64,000 nucleotides of DNA from a virus (lineage: Duplodnaviria; Caudoviricetes): the IMG/VR virus record IMGVR_UViG_3300022591_000002. One strand, written 5' to 3'. Shown one piece after another: positions 12,101-23,300 of this stretch (the stretch's first letter is position 1; each line of letters starts with the position of its first letter). The notes under the pieces were generated by a model, which searched no databases, was not told the DNA's origin, and saw only the letters and a program-made list of their open reading frames with translations. The translations under genes were made by a program, and so were the position numbers.

Positions 12101-15100
12101 CGCACTCCACTGGCTTGGTAAGTACTCACTGGCTACCCATTCGTAAACATCAAAAGTACTACCTGGGAATACTCCTCCCCAGTTGTTTCTTCTGTATTCG
12201 TAATCCCCTTGCTCATACCACATGTATTTTACTGAGCTTAGATCCCACCATAGTTCACCTACGTGTTCATCAATCCAGTTAGTGTTTGTGTCAACAACAA
12301 CACCTGTTACACCAATGCTGTAAACAGCAGGATCAAATAGAGATTTGAATCTTAACTCTTGATCTGCTTGCCCTGGAATATTGCCCTTAATTGGATCAAT
12401 GAATTCTAGGTAATCAACAATTTCTTCATTAAAATCGTCGATGGTGATTACACGGTTAACTTTATTAAGGTCAACTAGATCATTCTCAGTACGAGATAAT
12501 TTCCATGTTTCTGTTGTGCCATCTTTACCTGTGAATACTACAAGTTGTCCTGTACCAACTCCGTTGATCTTACTTGTTGGGGCGCCAACAAGTACTTTAT
12601 CTTTTGTAATAGTTGCATTATTACCAAAACTACTGCTACTAGCTACTTGGGCAGATTCAATTTGCTGACCGTAAGCAAAGTAGTTGTTGTACTGATTATA
12701 GACGTATGCAGATCCAGAATTTGTTATACCGGATACAAAGGTTGTTGCTCCGGAGTCCCAAGATGGAATATTAGTTCTCATGCCACTTGCAGGATCCAAT
12801 GTGTAAGGAGTAGCCGAAGTAGAGTTTATTCTTGCTGAATACTTGTCAAAAGTTGTAGTTCTTGTATAGGCATTTCCAAACGCTGTAATTACAAGTGTAT
12901 TATTATTTGTAGGGCTTACTGCAAAATCGTAGCCAAATGTTAGTCCGCTAATTTGATTTGGAGACTGGATAACTTGGTTAACTACATATCCTGCGCTAGT
13001 TAATGTTGAAACAACAACTGCACCTTTTGTAATTCCTTCTTGATAAGAAGGTAATGATGTAAACAAGAATTTTGCATCGTTAGACATAACAACTTTTACA
13101 CCAAGACCATATGATTGATCTAGTCCTAAAGATGCATAGGTAATTACCTGCGTTAGATGTAATGTTGTATTAGTTAAAGTATAGATTATAATTTCGCCGG
13201 CGCCCGGAGCACCAACAGCAACATATGACACACTAGAAGTACCGGTTGTTGTACCAAAGTCACTAATTGAATAACCAAATTGTGCATTTGATGTAGATGT
13301 TGTAATGTACAATGCCGATACGTTTGTTGCTGTAATGTTTACGTTTGTTGCAGTAACATCAGACAATGTATATTGATATACACGACCATTAGCTTCGCCA
13401 GGAGCACCAATTAACAAGAACTTACTGCCTGCCTGTTGTTGTATTGCCATATCTTGGCCAAACAAACTTCCAGCTTGTGCATCAGGACTACCAATAACGT
13501 GCAATGTGTTTTGGAAAGTTGTTAATGTATTGATGTTTGAAATTTTAACTAGGCCGCAATTATCTAATCGGTTGCCTGTTACATTATTAACACCGTATGC
13601 GACATGCTGTGTAGAACTTGTAGAAAGTTTTAAATTACTTGCATTTGGCGCACTAACAATAAACAATCCATCATCAGGTTGATGAAGAACTTTTGCACCA
13701 AAGTTTCCGCAAATTGCAGAGTCAGAATAGATAACTGAGGAATCGTTTAGTTCCCAGCTTGTAATAGAAGACAATGCTGTAACAATTTCATTGTCTACAT
13801 TTCTCACTAGTTCTTGAGTATAATAGTAAACGCGGCCGCCGCCTGTGTTGGCTCCTTGACCTAATGTAGAATTTACATATCCTGGTGCAGAAACAAGTAA
13901 TGTATTATTATCTGAGGACGCATAGATTGTTGATCCGTATCTTGCACCTTCGCTAGAAATACCACTAGTTAACGCATTGCTTGTAAAGTTATCAACTTTT
14001 TCAAACACGGCCCATTTGCCATATTGATCATTGACCCATACTTTATTACCTGCTGAAGATTTTTCTAGAACAGGATTGTATCGAATATCATCAAACTTGT
14101 CTAATCTTGCTGATGTAAATTGGAACAATAATCCAACCATTGTTTCTGAACTTGCTGGAATGTTTGTCAGTGTAGTGTTTACTAAGAATGTAAACGGACT
14201 AGGAACTCCAACTACGATGTAAATGGCATCTAAGCCTGTGCTAAAACGAGTCACACTAACAATGTCACCGACTTTTAAACCGTGTTGCATGTCAGTTGTG
14301 AATGAGAACTGATTTGGAGCACCTGTTAATAATTCAGCTGATACTGCTTTTGCATCAATCTGAGTATAACGCAATACATCCCAATCGCCGTCTTCTTTAA
14401 AGCCTAACCATAATACATCACCTTCAGAAAGTTGTGCAGGATTAGCAATATCTAAAATACTGTTTTTGTTATAAACTGTTGCCTTAACGTCGTCGTAATG
14501 TACAAATCCAGCTGTTGGCATTTTTATACTGTTACTGTTATAGGTAGCAGTAGTAGTTGCAAACACAGAATCTGAAGTATAATCATCAGGTTTTACTAAT
14601 AGATCGTAAGGTGTTTTGTAGTAAATTAAATCATTAGCTACTGTAGGTACTTGATCAATAAATTCAATCAGTTGAGGATTTTCAAAGAATTTAGAATCAC
14701 TCAATGACACTTCAAGTTCACGTTTTGTGTTAAGGCCGCCGTATGTACCAACACGCAATGCCCAAGTTTCATTATAGGTAACTTGTCCTTTTAGATTATG
14801 AATACTTGCTTTTGCTAGTTTGTCAATAGCATTCTTTGTACCTTTTTCTTTGATGTATCCTTGATAAAATTTGTACTGTGCAATAGGATCATTAAAGATA
14901 TTGTCTAGATAAATTCTAGGAGTATAGCCTGTTAGGTGCTGTGCCATCTTTTCTTGGCCAGCATCAAAGTTATCAATATCTAAACTATAGAAATCTTCAA
15001 ATTGATTAATCTTATAATCAAAGTTTGGATATAATTTAGGTACAGGTTTACCTGGTAACAAACTCCAAGATGCAAAATTAAAACTTGCTGTTCCTGGAAT

Positions 15101-18100
15101 TAATTTATTAGTACCGTAATATTTTCCGTTGTAACGAACAATGTCTCCTGCTTGGTAGTCAGTGTATTGTGCCCAAGTTTGAATTTCTGCATTGTCGTAG
15201 ACAAATCCAGGACTAAAGAAATCACCTGTCCAGTTTGCAGTTCTAAAGCCGTTTACATTAATACGTTGCTGACGATAGCCTGTTTCAATTTGATAGATAA
15301 TATCACCAAACAGACTTATGTTGCTCATAATAATAGCATGTTCTTTTTGTACTGTACTAAACTGTGTAAAGAAGATACCTTCAGTAGTATTAATTGTTTG
15401 AATTATGAAATAGCTGTCTTGACGGCTAATTGTATAATTGTGTTGGGGGAATGGACCGCCATCTGTTTTATACAGATTGTATTCGTAGTATGGATTTTCT
15501 AAATCGTCAACTACACCAGAAGTCATTTTAAATTTTACTTTATCAGCAAAAGGACTTAGTGTAATAATAGAGTTAGGTTGCCAGTTTTGTGTTGTCCAGT
15601 ATAAGAATTCTCTACCACTAAATGTCCAGTCCATTACTTCGTTTAAGTCTGGCTGTACTTCATCAAAAACAAATCCTTGCTCAGTTAACCATTCACCATA
15701 ACCGACGATTATATCAAATATTGCCTGTACAGTTGGAAATGTTGTGCCATAAGGTATTAACGTAACATCAGTATCAAAACTTGATGCGCCATAAACTGTT
15801 ACTCCGCCTTGGCTAGGCAATGTTGGAAGTTGCTGGAAATATTGTGAGCTACCAAATGACTGACCTGCTGTATGCGGCAATGTTGTAATGTAATATCCAC
15901 CTGCGTGTGATACATATTGACCTTTTTGGTAGAACTTACCGGCTGTCCATGTTACATAAGCAACACTTACGCCGCCCACGTTAATTACTGGATCAACGTT
16001 TGTTCTAATTGGTTTATAGATTCTAAAGTAAGGACGATGTTTATCGTAACCACGAATAGTGTAGCCATCTGTACCTTTCTGTACAATGATACCAGATGCC
16101 GCAAATGTGTTTGAAGGATTACTTTGATTAAAGTAAATTGCATAATCTTCTTGTGGTAACAATACGCCAGGGTTAGTACTTGTTGGGTCAACCGCATCAA
16201 TAATGATGCGCATTTTTTCTTTACTAATAAATCCGCCCATCTTGGCAAATAAATTATAGTCAATATTTGACAACTCTTTTTGCAACTGAGTAGCATAACC
16301 GTAGGTACGTTGATTATTTGCTTCAATCAATAGTACGCTGTAACCTGATGCACGAATTCTATTGCCGTTGATATCTGTTTGATTCCATAGCAATAGTTGT
16401 GAAATATCTAAGAACTTTTGAACATCTTCTTTAACTAACTGTGTTGCCTGGCTATTTGCAGTTACTAGTTTAGTTGTGTATCTATACTGGCCTGCTTTGT
16501 TCTTAATCATTCTGCTAGGGTCAAACATGTATGCAGAATAAATTGCAGGCTGTGTTAGTGCTAATAACACTTGTAAAGCAAACGGCCATAGACTGCTCTT
16601 ACGCCATGCTGTTTCTGCCGGGCCTTGGTCACCAAATGTCCACTGGCTGTCTAATAATGCACCATTGATGTTTCCTAAGATATTAACAACATCTAATGTT
16701 AGTAAGTTTCCTTGTTCATCTACAGGAATAATATCTAAAAGTTTAGGACGAACGTATAGAGGATCTATACCTGCACGGTCGCCTTGACGAATGCGGCCTT
16801 CGCTTAAATCTTGCCATAACAATAAATTGCCACGAGTATACGGATATGGACCATACTGAGTATCCCACCATGTTGGTTTGATTGTAAAGCCCAACATTTC
16901 CCAAGGGTGTGTATGAGGACGATCAGTGTCAAAATACCACTTGTAAACTGCTCTCCAATGTCCTGGTAAAGGCAAACCTGTTACAAGATCCTGTGCGGCA
17001 TGGTTGCCGTAGTTCCAAGTCTTTGGATCTAAAGAATTAAATGTTTCGTTAGTTTGATAATCAATACCAAAGAACCCTGCCCACTTTAGGAATTCAGGAA
17101 TTAAAATATTGTTAACGTCAAAAGGTCCGTACAGATTGTTACGGAACGCACCTGGAAGAATTTTATTAATGTCTAATAATTCTTTGTTGTAGTGTACTTT
17201 TAAGTTATTGTAAATTCTAGTTTCTAGTTCTAAAATAACATTGTCGCGATAGTCGTTGTATGCAACAGTAATGCTACCATCGTGACCTTGTATAACTTTA
17301 GTAGGTTCAATATAAGTGTCGTCTACATAAATTGTAGGCATATACGCTGGATACAATCCTAACTTTGTAGGAGTTGGAGGAACGTAAGAACCAGCTGTAT
17401 CACCGTAGTCTTTGACTACAATAGTATCTCCATTTTTTAATGTTGCAGATATATGAACGACAGGAGTTATTTGATCAAATGTATAATCTCTATCAACAAT
17501 CAGTTGAGTTCCGTTTAGATACACTAATACACAACGATCACTTAATACTGTGTTATCGTATTTTTCAATCAAGCTGTATGTTGTAATTCTATTGTCAGTA
17601 ACTGTATATGTTCTAGTAATTGCATCTGTGCCAAATGCAACCATATCAGAATAACCGTAGGCAAAAGAACTATTCTTACCAGTAGTTAATCCAAGCATAA
17701 CAGTATCTACTGCTTCTTCTGGACTGTAATTTCCTTGTAGCTCTGTTACTCGTTTTACAAAAGCTAACTTAAATTGTTGATAATGATCTGCAACTTTTTT
17801 AACTGCATCAATTACGCTATGTTCTTTATTACCAATAAAAAATTGTGCAAAACATAAAGGAGTACCGTGACTTATTAATCTAGTTCCGTATTGTGCTACA
17901 GGTCCTAGATCTCTTAAATTGCTATCACCAGGGAAATTGCCTACTAGATCAATAGGTTGTCCTACTGAAATATCTTTTAGACTGTGAGTTATTTCTGCTA
18001 GTGTAAATTCACTAATAGGTCCGTTAAGTGGATTATTAGTTGCAGATAATGTTAGGTCAAAAAATCCGTTACCGTTAGGAGGAGATTTTGTATAGATATT

Positions 18101-20350
18101 AAATTGTACTCGATCTTTGACAATTAGGTCACTTGTAAAGAACACAAAATAACGACTACCTTCTGATACAAACCAATAGTCAATGCCTGCGTTATAAAAG
18201 ATATCGTTTACATAAACATCCATCTTGATATCAGTTGCATAGCCTGGATTATTAATTGCATTAACTTCAATATTGTTTGTTGCTTCTTCAATTACCTGGA
18301 ACTGAATAATAGGAATGTTAATCCATGGATTTTCTACCCATGTGTTTACATAAGATTCATTTGCAACAGAAATAAGACCTTCTGTATTAATTGTACCAGC
18401 CTTTCCTAAACTAGCTGATAGCGCAGTAATTCCATTAACCTTTAAGAAATTATTTTTAGTCCAAGTCTGTATAATCTTGTTTTCAGAAATAACATTAAAT
18501 GTGTCAGTATTAAAATAGTTAACAAACAAATAGTCGCCAACGTTCGATACGTTTAGATAAGAAAGAGGAAATCCTAATACTGTATCAGGTGTTCCATTGC
18601 CAATCTTATAACCAAATATTTTAGTACCTTGGAAAGTACTTCTGTAATATGCAATATCACTAAAACTAATACCAGATTCATCAAACACATCAAATAACGG
18701 TGCTTGATTTAACGTTGTTCTTTGCTGAGAGAAATTCCATTTTATTCCATCAAACCACCAATTGCATCCTGCATTTTCTGTACCGCGAATAATTGACGCA
18801 CTTGCACCAATAGTTGGAATATGGTCATCTGTAGGAATTAAAGAAATAACTTTATTTCCTTTGATAGTTACAAACGTAACTTGATAAACTCTACCTCTAA
18901 CAAGACTATCATCGTCTGCATTAAAAATTACTCGATAGCCTTCTTCTAATTGTTCACCATCAACATAATAACCAGATTGCCCTTCAACACTCTTAAATGC
19001 AGATCCTGTGATATTGTCAATTACGTCAACTGGCGTAAACAACAAAGAGCCATAATTGTACAATTGAATATTAGGATAAAATTCAAGGATAGGTCGTTTT
19101 GCTCTAGATTCGTAAGGGAATATTTCTACTGTACCGTTTGCTTTTGCGGCCGCAGAAATGATATCTTTATGGAACCAACGATTGTAACGTGACCAAGGAT
19201 TTGAATCTTGACTAGAACGATTAATTGTAATATATTCTGGTGTTAACGGAATATTTGTAAAGTCGTCAAACGGAAAACCATCAAACGGTTGAGCATCAAA
19301 GTTAACATCTAAGTTTGTTAAAGTTTGACCACCAACTGATAATGTAGCCCAATCTGTTAAAATAATTGCAACTCCAACTCCTTCTACTACCCATTCTTTA
19401 TTGTTGTAATATTCAGGAGTAACATTACCGTTGAATCTAATTTTCATACCGTTGGAGAATTCAACTCCGTTACCTGAACTGTATGTTTGCTTGCCGATAA
19501 TTTCGCTTTCTACATCTAACTGTGTATTTGAATCTAAACTTCTAATTAAAAACTGTCCAGCAATAGTGCTGTCATCACCGGCAACATAGTATAAGATATC
19601 AGGAGTATTATCATCAACAACAAGAACTATTTGCCCAGTTGAAATACCGTTATTACTGATTGTTCCAAGGAACTCGTCTTGTGATCCGCTACTAATTGCA
19701 GTCTTAATCCATACGTTGTGTACACTATTCACATTGAACACATAGGTCATTCCTCTGTATAATGTTAATAATGGGTCTGGAGTAATTCCATCAGGAGTGA
19801 ATACAAAAATTTGTTCTGTTGGGTCGTCTTGAAGAATATATGTACTAACTGTATCTAACTGAGGACCTGTAATTTCAATTGCATCAGGCCCGTTAGGTAA
19901 CCAATAGTATTCAATATAATTTAAAAACTTGTCTAGGTCAATCTGTGGATCGTATGAATATGTTATACTCTTAAACAATCTATCGTGGTCTTTAATATTA
20001 CCTTTTTCAAAGGCAATTTGATTTAATAGGTCATCGTATGAAACAACTTTCTTAACGTTCTGATCTGCATCTCTTAATACTAATGCAGGCTGTAATTGAT
20101 AATCGCCCTCTAACTGATTAGCGGCCGGAATGTAATTATCAGTTTCAGGATTGTAGTTTGGACTTAGTGTACTACCAATATATCCGCTGATACGTTCTAT
20201 AACGGGCGGTTGGATTAACTGGTCAATTGTGCTAGATAAAAACTTTGTGTTCTTATCTGTTCGTAGGTATGTAGGTAATAGATCTACAGTTCTACGACTT
20301 GGAGCAGGATTGCCGGTATCAACTACATTTATGATTGAATTATTTGCCAC
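6191..20350 (-). CDS. Giant 4719-aa baseplate-associated structural protein (GTG start)
   Basis: Uninterrupted 14.1-kb ORF directly downstream of the gp6-like gene. Contains xSAPx/xGAPx beta-propeller-like repeats (~12520-13950), I.V.N.GSGY beta-rich repeats, a short coiled coil and FDxxPFD motifs. The wedge/platform role is inferred from position. Confidence 0.7.
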   Translation of the reverse strand: MANNSIINVVDTGNPAPSRRTVDLLPTYLRTDKNTKFLSSTIDQLIQPPVIERISGYIGSTLSPNYNPETDNYIPAANQLEGDYQLQPALVLRDADQNVKKVVSYDDLLNQIAFEKGNIKDHDRLFKSITYSYDPQIDLDKFLNYIEYYWLPNGPDAIEITGPQLDTVSTYILQDDPTEQIFVFTPDGITPDPLLTLYRGMTYVFNVNSVHNVWIKTAISSGSQDEFLGTISNNGISTGQIVLVVDDNTPDILYYVAGDDSTIAGQFLIRSLDSNTQLDVESEIIGKQTYSSGNGVEFSNGMKIRFNGNVTPEYYNNKEWVVEGVGVAIILTDWATLSVGGQTLTNLDVNFDAQPFDGFPFDDFTNIPLTPEYITINRSSQDSNPWSRYNRWFHKDIISAAAKANGTVEIFPYESRAKRPILEFYPNIQLYNYGSLLFTPVDVIDNITGSAFKSVEGQSGYYVDGEQLEEGYRVIFNADDDSLVRGRVYQVTFVTIKGNKVISLIPTDDHIPTIGASASIIRGTENAGCNWWFDGIKWNFSQQRTTLNQAPLFDVFDESGISFSDIAYYRSTFQGTKIFGYKIGNGTPDTVLGFPLSYLNVSNVGDYLFVNYFNTDTFNVISENKIIQTWTKNNFLKVNGITALSASLGKAGTINTEGLISVANESYVNTWVENPWINIPIIQFQVIEEATNNIEVNAINNPGYATDIKMDVYVNDIFYNAGIDYWFVSEGSRYFVFFTSDLIVKDRVQFNIYTKSPPNGNGFFDLTLSATNNPLNGPISEFTLAEITHSLKDISVGQPIDLVGNFPGDSNLRDLGPVAQYGTRLISHGTPLCFAQFFIGNKEHSVIDAVKKVADHYQQFKLAFVKRVTELQGNYSPEEAVDTVMLGLTTGKNSSFAYGYSDMVAFGTDAITRTYTVTDNRITTYSLIEKYDNTVLSDRCVLVYLNGTQLIVDRDYTFDQITPVVHISATLKNGDTIVVKDYGDTAGSYVPPTPTKLGLYPAYMPTIYVDDTYIEPTKVIQGHDGSITVAYNDYRDNVILELETRIYNNLKVHYNKELLDINKILPGAFRNNLYGPFDVNNILIPEFLKWAGFFGIDYQTNETFNSLDPKTWNYGNHAAQDLVTGLPLPGHWRAVYKWYFDTDRPHTHPWEMLGFTIKPTWWDTQYGPYPYTRGNLLLWQDLSEGRIRQGDRAGIDPLYVRPKLLDIIPVDEQGNLLTLDVVNILGNINGALLDSQWTFGDQGPAETAWRKSSLWPFALQVLLALTQPAIYSAYMFDPSRMIKNKAGQYRYTTKLVTANSQATQLVKEDVQKFLDISQLLLWNQTDINGNRIRASGYSVLLIEANNQRTYGYATQLQKELSNIDYNLFAKMGGFISKEKMRIIIDAVDPTSTNPGVLLPQEDYAIYFNQSNPSNTFAASGIIVQKGTDGYTIRGYDKHRPYFRIYKPIRTNVDPVINVGGVSVAYVTWTAGKFYQKGQYVSHAGGYYITTLPHTAGQSFGSSQYFQQLPTLPSQGGVTVYGASSFDTDVTLIPYGTTFPTVQAIFDIIVGYGEWLTEQGFVFDEVQPDLNEVMDWTFSGREFLYWTTQNWQPNSIITLSPFADKVKFKMTSGVVDDLENPYYEYNLYKTDGGPFPQHNYTISRQDSYFIIQTINTTEGIFFTQFSTVQKEHAIIMSNISLFGDIIYQIETGYRQQRINVNGFRTANWTGDFFSPGFVYDNAEIQTWAQYTDYQAGDIVRYNGKYYGTNKLIPGTASFNFASWSLLPGKPVPKLYPNFDYKINQFEDFYSLDIDNFDAGQEKMAQHLTGYTPRIYLDNIFNDPIAQYKFYQGYIKEKGTKNAIDKLAKASIHNLKGQVTYNETWALRVGTYGGLNTKRELEVSLSDSKFFENPQLIEFIDQVPTVANDLIYYKTPYDLLVKPDDYTSDSVFATTTATYNSNSIKMPTAGFVHYDDVKATVYNKNSILDIANPAQLSEGDVLWLGFKEDGDWDVLRYTQIDAKAVSAELLTGAPNQFSFTTDMQHGLKVGDIVSVTRFSTGLDAIYIVVGVPSPFTFLVNTTLTNIPASSETMVGLLFQFTSARLDKFDDIRYNPVLEKSSAGNKVWVNDQYGKWAVFEKVDNFTSNALTSGISSEGARYGSTIYASSDNNTLLVSAPGYVNSTLGQGANTGGGRVYYYTQELVRNVDNEIVTALSSITSWELNDSSVIYSDSAICGNFGAKVLHQPDDGLFIVSAPNASNLKLSTSSTQHVAYGVNNVTGNRLDNCGLVKISNINTLTTFQNTLHVIGSPDAQAGSLFGQDMAIQQQAGSKFLLIGAPGEANGRVYQYTLSDVTATNVNITATNVSALYITTSTSNAQFGYSISDFGTTTGTSSVSYVAVGAPGAGEIIIYTLTNTTLHLTQVITYASLGLDQSYGLGVKVVMSNDAKFLFTSLPSYQEGITKGAVVVSTLTSAGYVVNQVIQSPNQISGLTFGYDFAVSPTNNNTLVITAFGNAYTRTTTFDKYSARINSTSATPYTLDPASGMRTNIPSWDSGATTFVSGITNSGSAYVYNQYNNYFAYGQQIESAQVASSSSFGNNATITKDKVLVGAPTSKINGVGTGQLVVFTGKDGTTETWKLSRTENDLVDLNKVNRVITIDDFNEEIVDYLEFIDPIKGNIPGQADQELRFKSLFDPAVYSIGVTGVVVDTNTNWIDEHVGELWWDLSSVKYMWYEQGDYEYRRNNWGGVFPGSTFDVYEWVASEYLPSQWSALADTPEGLALGVSGQPKFGDNSVMSVKQVYNSVSSSFTNIYYFWVKNKTVIPASTNRRISAYEVASIISNPQAQGLRYATIVGPSAIALVNYKNSLVSENIHLAIEMDSISNPTAIHTEWLLVEEGNPESMPNSMLEQKMIDSILGHDTLGNAVPDPSLPKRLQYGIGIRPRQSMFVDRFEAMRNIFEYANTVLAKTLINGVRKFDNLNAMEEIPATNLGLYDTTVPDIATLNFTITKFFVQAVVEVVPNTNGGIDTVNILNAGYGYNPNNAPYIEITGDGTGAVIRTMIDSQGRIFNFDIINPGSGYTTATANIRPYTIAVQTDSNSNGRWSIYQWNARRQEWSKTKTQTFNTTYYWNYVNWYDPSYNALQPPITTVDSTYELDIVQDLPAGNYVKVRNGGDGRYLILRRTAPGNLVGTFDANWDLMVSENGTIQITSNLWNTVNSVYAFDEISSFDQTEFDQTPDAELFYILEALRKDLFISDLKVNWNTLFFKAVKYAFSEQKNLDWAFKTTFISVTNHAGQLDQRPTYKLQDSSYYESYINEVKPYHTKIRNFTVNYTATEYSSTLVTDFDLPSYWDQNQKRFRTVGFGNGELLVAPWNNWFKNYAYHVGEILVTNGGSGYQFAPAVQIIPAPGDLGSGATADAYISNGAVYKIIVTNPGSGYASTPTVVITGGGGPKVVTATAYAQLANNKVRSTAVTLKFDRVGFGREIGSKYFTDKFTADGSAYRFPLTWVPSHDKGLITLTINGVLQLADSFSIITSEKPFVTNTGSSYVMYSPTGRTTTYEQADTSYNKKFAILQLNAVPTIQTKIEITYPKDVSLFTAVDRIQDYYAPMSGMPGANQLGQLMVGFDYPAVKVDTLPYSFSGGFGVLPYWTTSWDNYAPSENYAVVLNPQNTTNNDASLLLTERSAAQSQRDSLTSQIAYITNTLGSVPEFITVSTGLGVQQVPNPYYSTLISQLGDVETQLSFVNGEIASLTSQINYLTNGNVAVITPFKISTGTTINTYLNGIRIDNTATGAVTLPLHGTGTYGTVYIPHNLFLPTTTVTNFVSKTGTGPFAVTLGIFTQTSAPVLGNWIVAGNSNDLYNGTYVATTASTTTVTLSYTSDPGNFGIGITTISTSNNIVVFRSSTDDGTLVPTDEESLDTLMSGGNFDQGVILGIGASEIVIDGDSFLSANASHAPEEMIPGEIQESVAISVFSVNTTTNNTQFLSAPVIKNYKYQLDGQTQSFNMGNIANTSSLIVVAGNKPLHFGVDYVLDITNNNLGLLAPLPGPDFLSISSFDVGGVNVLDKQVVFSAARTINVLSPVAYKDIGSVYVTVNGIPVPKFTGAGNQTYGYTLSKAVGRENEENPRGYLNIIKPGVIEGINNAALNKTQVWYFDAPFKASGEVYTQVIPRAQGIQFNLEQPPGVAGPYSSQVIVELNGRRLIPPSTIYYIVGDNLKAFQLKGTGTIAQFTTATSTGTIIAYPPGNTNAYPPGSTIEWTIIDAQGYSLNQDINYTKGQIDNSIFEVWLNGEKLEQTPLNYFLNSAQGIVEFPEGRLQKGDALAFVIFDNYEYQISNNKLLLQNLTRTPNDNIRITSFTNHDGDFIRKEKFKGNVQNTYQIQRPVFDTAYIWVEYNQKSLIADIDYTVASDGVTITIRPSFYTGTNDTVVITSMSQNAFIGSMTYRMFTDILGRTSIKRIGDKATTALANPLLITDSTILVENGSVLSDPNPAKNLPGIIYVAGERIEYFTKFGNVLGQLTRGTMGTGARSGYPSGTKVIDQGPGVNVPVAERTITQTFMSTNTNTTFVLNPSDTSADKMINFNSLANPWDQVDVFYGGRRLLKPTTNTVVVFNPVAYDSNQQDSSGNLSSVVIMPEFTITNSLTTPTVQLNIDVQPGLELVVRQRVGQSMFKLSEFADPAHASQIVLRPGQEFTESVRGFLSQDTAQLPDDNYFGGDAVIILETEAVLQDENGNPIEGD

Positions 20351-20352
20351 TT

Positions 20353-23300
20353 TTAAGTTCCAATAGTATTAACTACAATACTTGCGGTAGTATTGATTTG
20401 CGAAGCAGTTAGAGAACTAATTACTTCAATATCTTTAATTGTTGCGCCACTTACAAAAATTTCGTTTGACTGGCATGCAATTTCAAACAAACTACCAAAG
20501 ACGATATTTGTCTTTGGTACTAACACAAAGTTAGTAATATCTGGTGTTAGTGTATTAATAACATAAGTTGCTAACTCACCAAAGTTAAATGTTTGACCAA
20601 AGTCCCAGTTCTCAACAGCAAAGAAATCGTTGATTGCTTGTAAAATACTTGTGCTAATTTGATTTGAGCTCAATGTACTTGATGGACTTTGTACAGCCTT
20701 GAAGGTTGCTTGGAGCTGAGCAGGAGCTGAGCTACCAAATAAAACTTTATAATTTGCATGATGATAAACGATTGTATCGCTTACACTCTTGATAGGTTCT
20801 AACAAACCACTGTACTGTTCTTCTAACGCATTACTTGTTGGTGGAAGAGGTGCGGCACTTGTTGAACCAGATGTTAACCAATTTCTATATAGTGCATCAT
20901 ACGCAGATGACAGGACATACACATCAATGATGTTTGTCTTACTTGGATCTAAACGGCGTTCTTCTCCAGCATTGTGTTGATACTGGAATTTTAAATTGCC
21001 ACGTCCTGGTCTTCCAAAGTAACGAGGAGCAAGTACGTATGTATACGAGTAAGTGTTGTTGGCTAGTTCAGTTACTGTTGCTACAGATTTTACAACATTT
21101 GCTGAGTAAAAATAAACTAATTGTCCTACATCATACATCATATCGCTAGGCACTGAACTTTCGTCAGGATATGCAACAAAGTTTGATGGATCAACAGACT
21201 GATAACGCAAGCCATCTGATAATGTTTCAAAATAAACAAAGTTACACAGATAACCTGTTTGCGGACTTACTGTATAAGGGCTTGTAATTTCAATAAATGC
21301 ATCTGGATTATCTATTGCACCATCATTAGTTGCATCATAGAAACTTACTTTGACTTTTTTAGGTTCAACATAGCCATCTGGTTCTGTTACTGCGCTGTCA
21401 ATTTGCCAGTTGTAGTCTTGGCCAAGATGTTCTACTGTAGACATAGGAATGATTGACTGTGCGGGATTTGAAATGTGTACTGCCGATTGTAATGTAACAT
21501 TTGTTCCTGAATTAATAATGTGGATAGCGGTTAAGCTACCATTAGAAATTTCTGTATAGAATTTTCCATTTCCACTGTCTGGAACAGATATAGTTGGGTT
21601 TGATGTATATCCAGTACCTGGATTTGTAATAGTAAACGAAAGTATATTTCCAGGACCAACGGCCGTGATAGATAAACCTGCTTTGCCATCGCCTGTAGCA
21701 ATATTCACAAAGTCTCCAACTTTATATCCTGTACCCGGAGCACGTACTACGGCAGATGCAACTGCACCGGCAGGTACATTAATGTCAACTGTTAATCCGG
21801 ATCCGGATCCGCCAGTAGTAGCAACACTGTTATTAGATGTATAACCGGAGCCACCGAATGTAAGAATAATTCCTGTTACTGGACCAACTGTTGCTCCAAT
21901 TACTGCTTGAGCAGATTGATACGATGCCGGAGCCCAGTTTACTCCAAGTACTCTAACTGTGTCTTTGACCACACGGTTGTTTACATAATCATAATTTTGT
22001 TTTGTGGAATCAATATAGAAGCCAGTTTCGTTTGCGCTTTCAAATAGATAATCTAATATTCTATAGTAGACGTTATAGCTGTTGCCAGTCCACTGGAATG
22101 CTACCATCCAACTAGCATCTTTATTTGCGTTGGTTGTATCGCCTTGATATATTAAATCATATGGGCTCTTAAGATCTAAGTTAGTATCAACAATAATAAA
22201 CCATTGACGTGTGATGCGATCAAAACTTAAACCAAAGTTTCTATTAATAACACCTAGGTTAACAATTTGATTTTCTAATGCATAACTCCAAGTGGTAATA
22301 AAAGCAGGAATAACTTCGTCTGGAATTGCAGTTGAAGGAACATAGCCGGTTAAAGTAATTGGGCCTGTACCATCATTTAGTGTACCCTTGCCGCTGTTGC
22401 CACCGTCACCTACAATTTGCACAGCCTTGACCCACATGTAATCAGTTGTAGTATCGTCTTTAACTGTTGTAAGTTTTCCTGTAGGCAAGAAATATTGACC
22501 TAATGGAGGTACAAATTTAATTAATGCGCCGGCAGTTACATACTGCATATTGTCAGAACTAAAATATCCTGTTTCAATTGCATTACCGTATTTGTTTTTA
22601 AAGTAACCCTTTGTTTGATTTGTTGCGCTGTTAACTGCTACCCATGTTAACGACAAATTAAGCAAAGTAGGTCTTGGATAATTTGCCATGTAGAAGTTTT
22701 TAAAACTTGCGCTTTGAACAATAGGTTCTATTTTATTTTTTAATGTACCAAAGAAATCATTTCTAGATGTAAATTTAAAATTAAGAGTTTGTTGACTTTG
22801 CTCTTTATAAAGAATACCGTCATCGCAGAATATATTTGTACTTGAGTACTTGCCTGTAATGTCGTTTAATTCAAAGTATTTTGAAATGCCGCTACTTGCA
22901 CGATTGATACTTTTTACTTTTAAAATGTCTGTGCCAACAGTTAGAGGACCAATTTGATAGTCTTCTGCTGTAACCATGCGATTTTGTAGATAGTATGTTT
23001 GCGGTGCTTTCTGTTTAATAGATGCAATAGATTCTGAACCTGAACTATTTGTTACAGTATATTGTAAAGTCAATACAATCTTAAGTGTGTTTAGTTGTCC
23101 GCTTTTATTGTAGTAAGGTATCTGTACAGTGATACCACTCATTTGCTCAGGAGTGATTGAGTAGGTCAATCCGTTACTTTGACGATAGAATAAACGGAAA
23201 TTACCTTTAGGTAAGTTACCAAAGCTACCGTCAGCAAAGTTTAAATCAATTTGATCTTGATCACGTGTTGTGACAGCATAGACATTTCTATCATCTTTAC

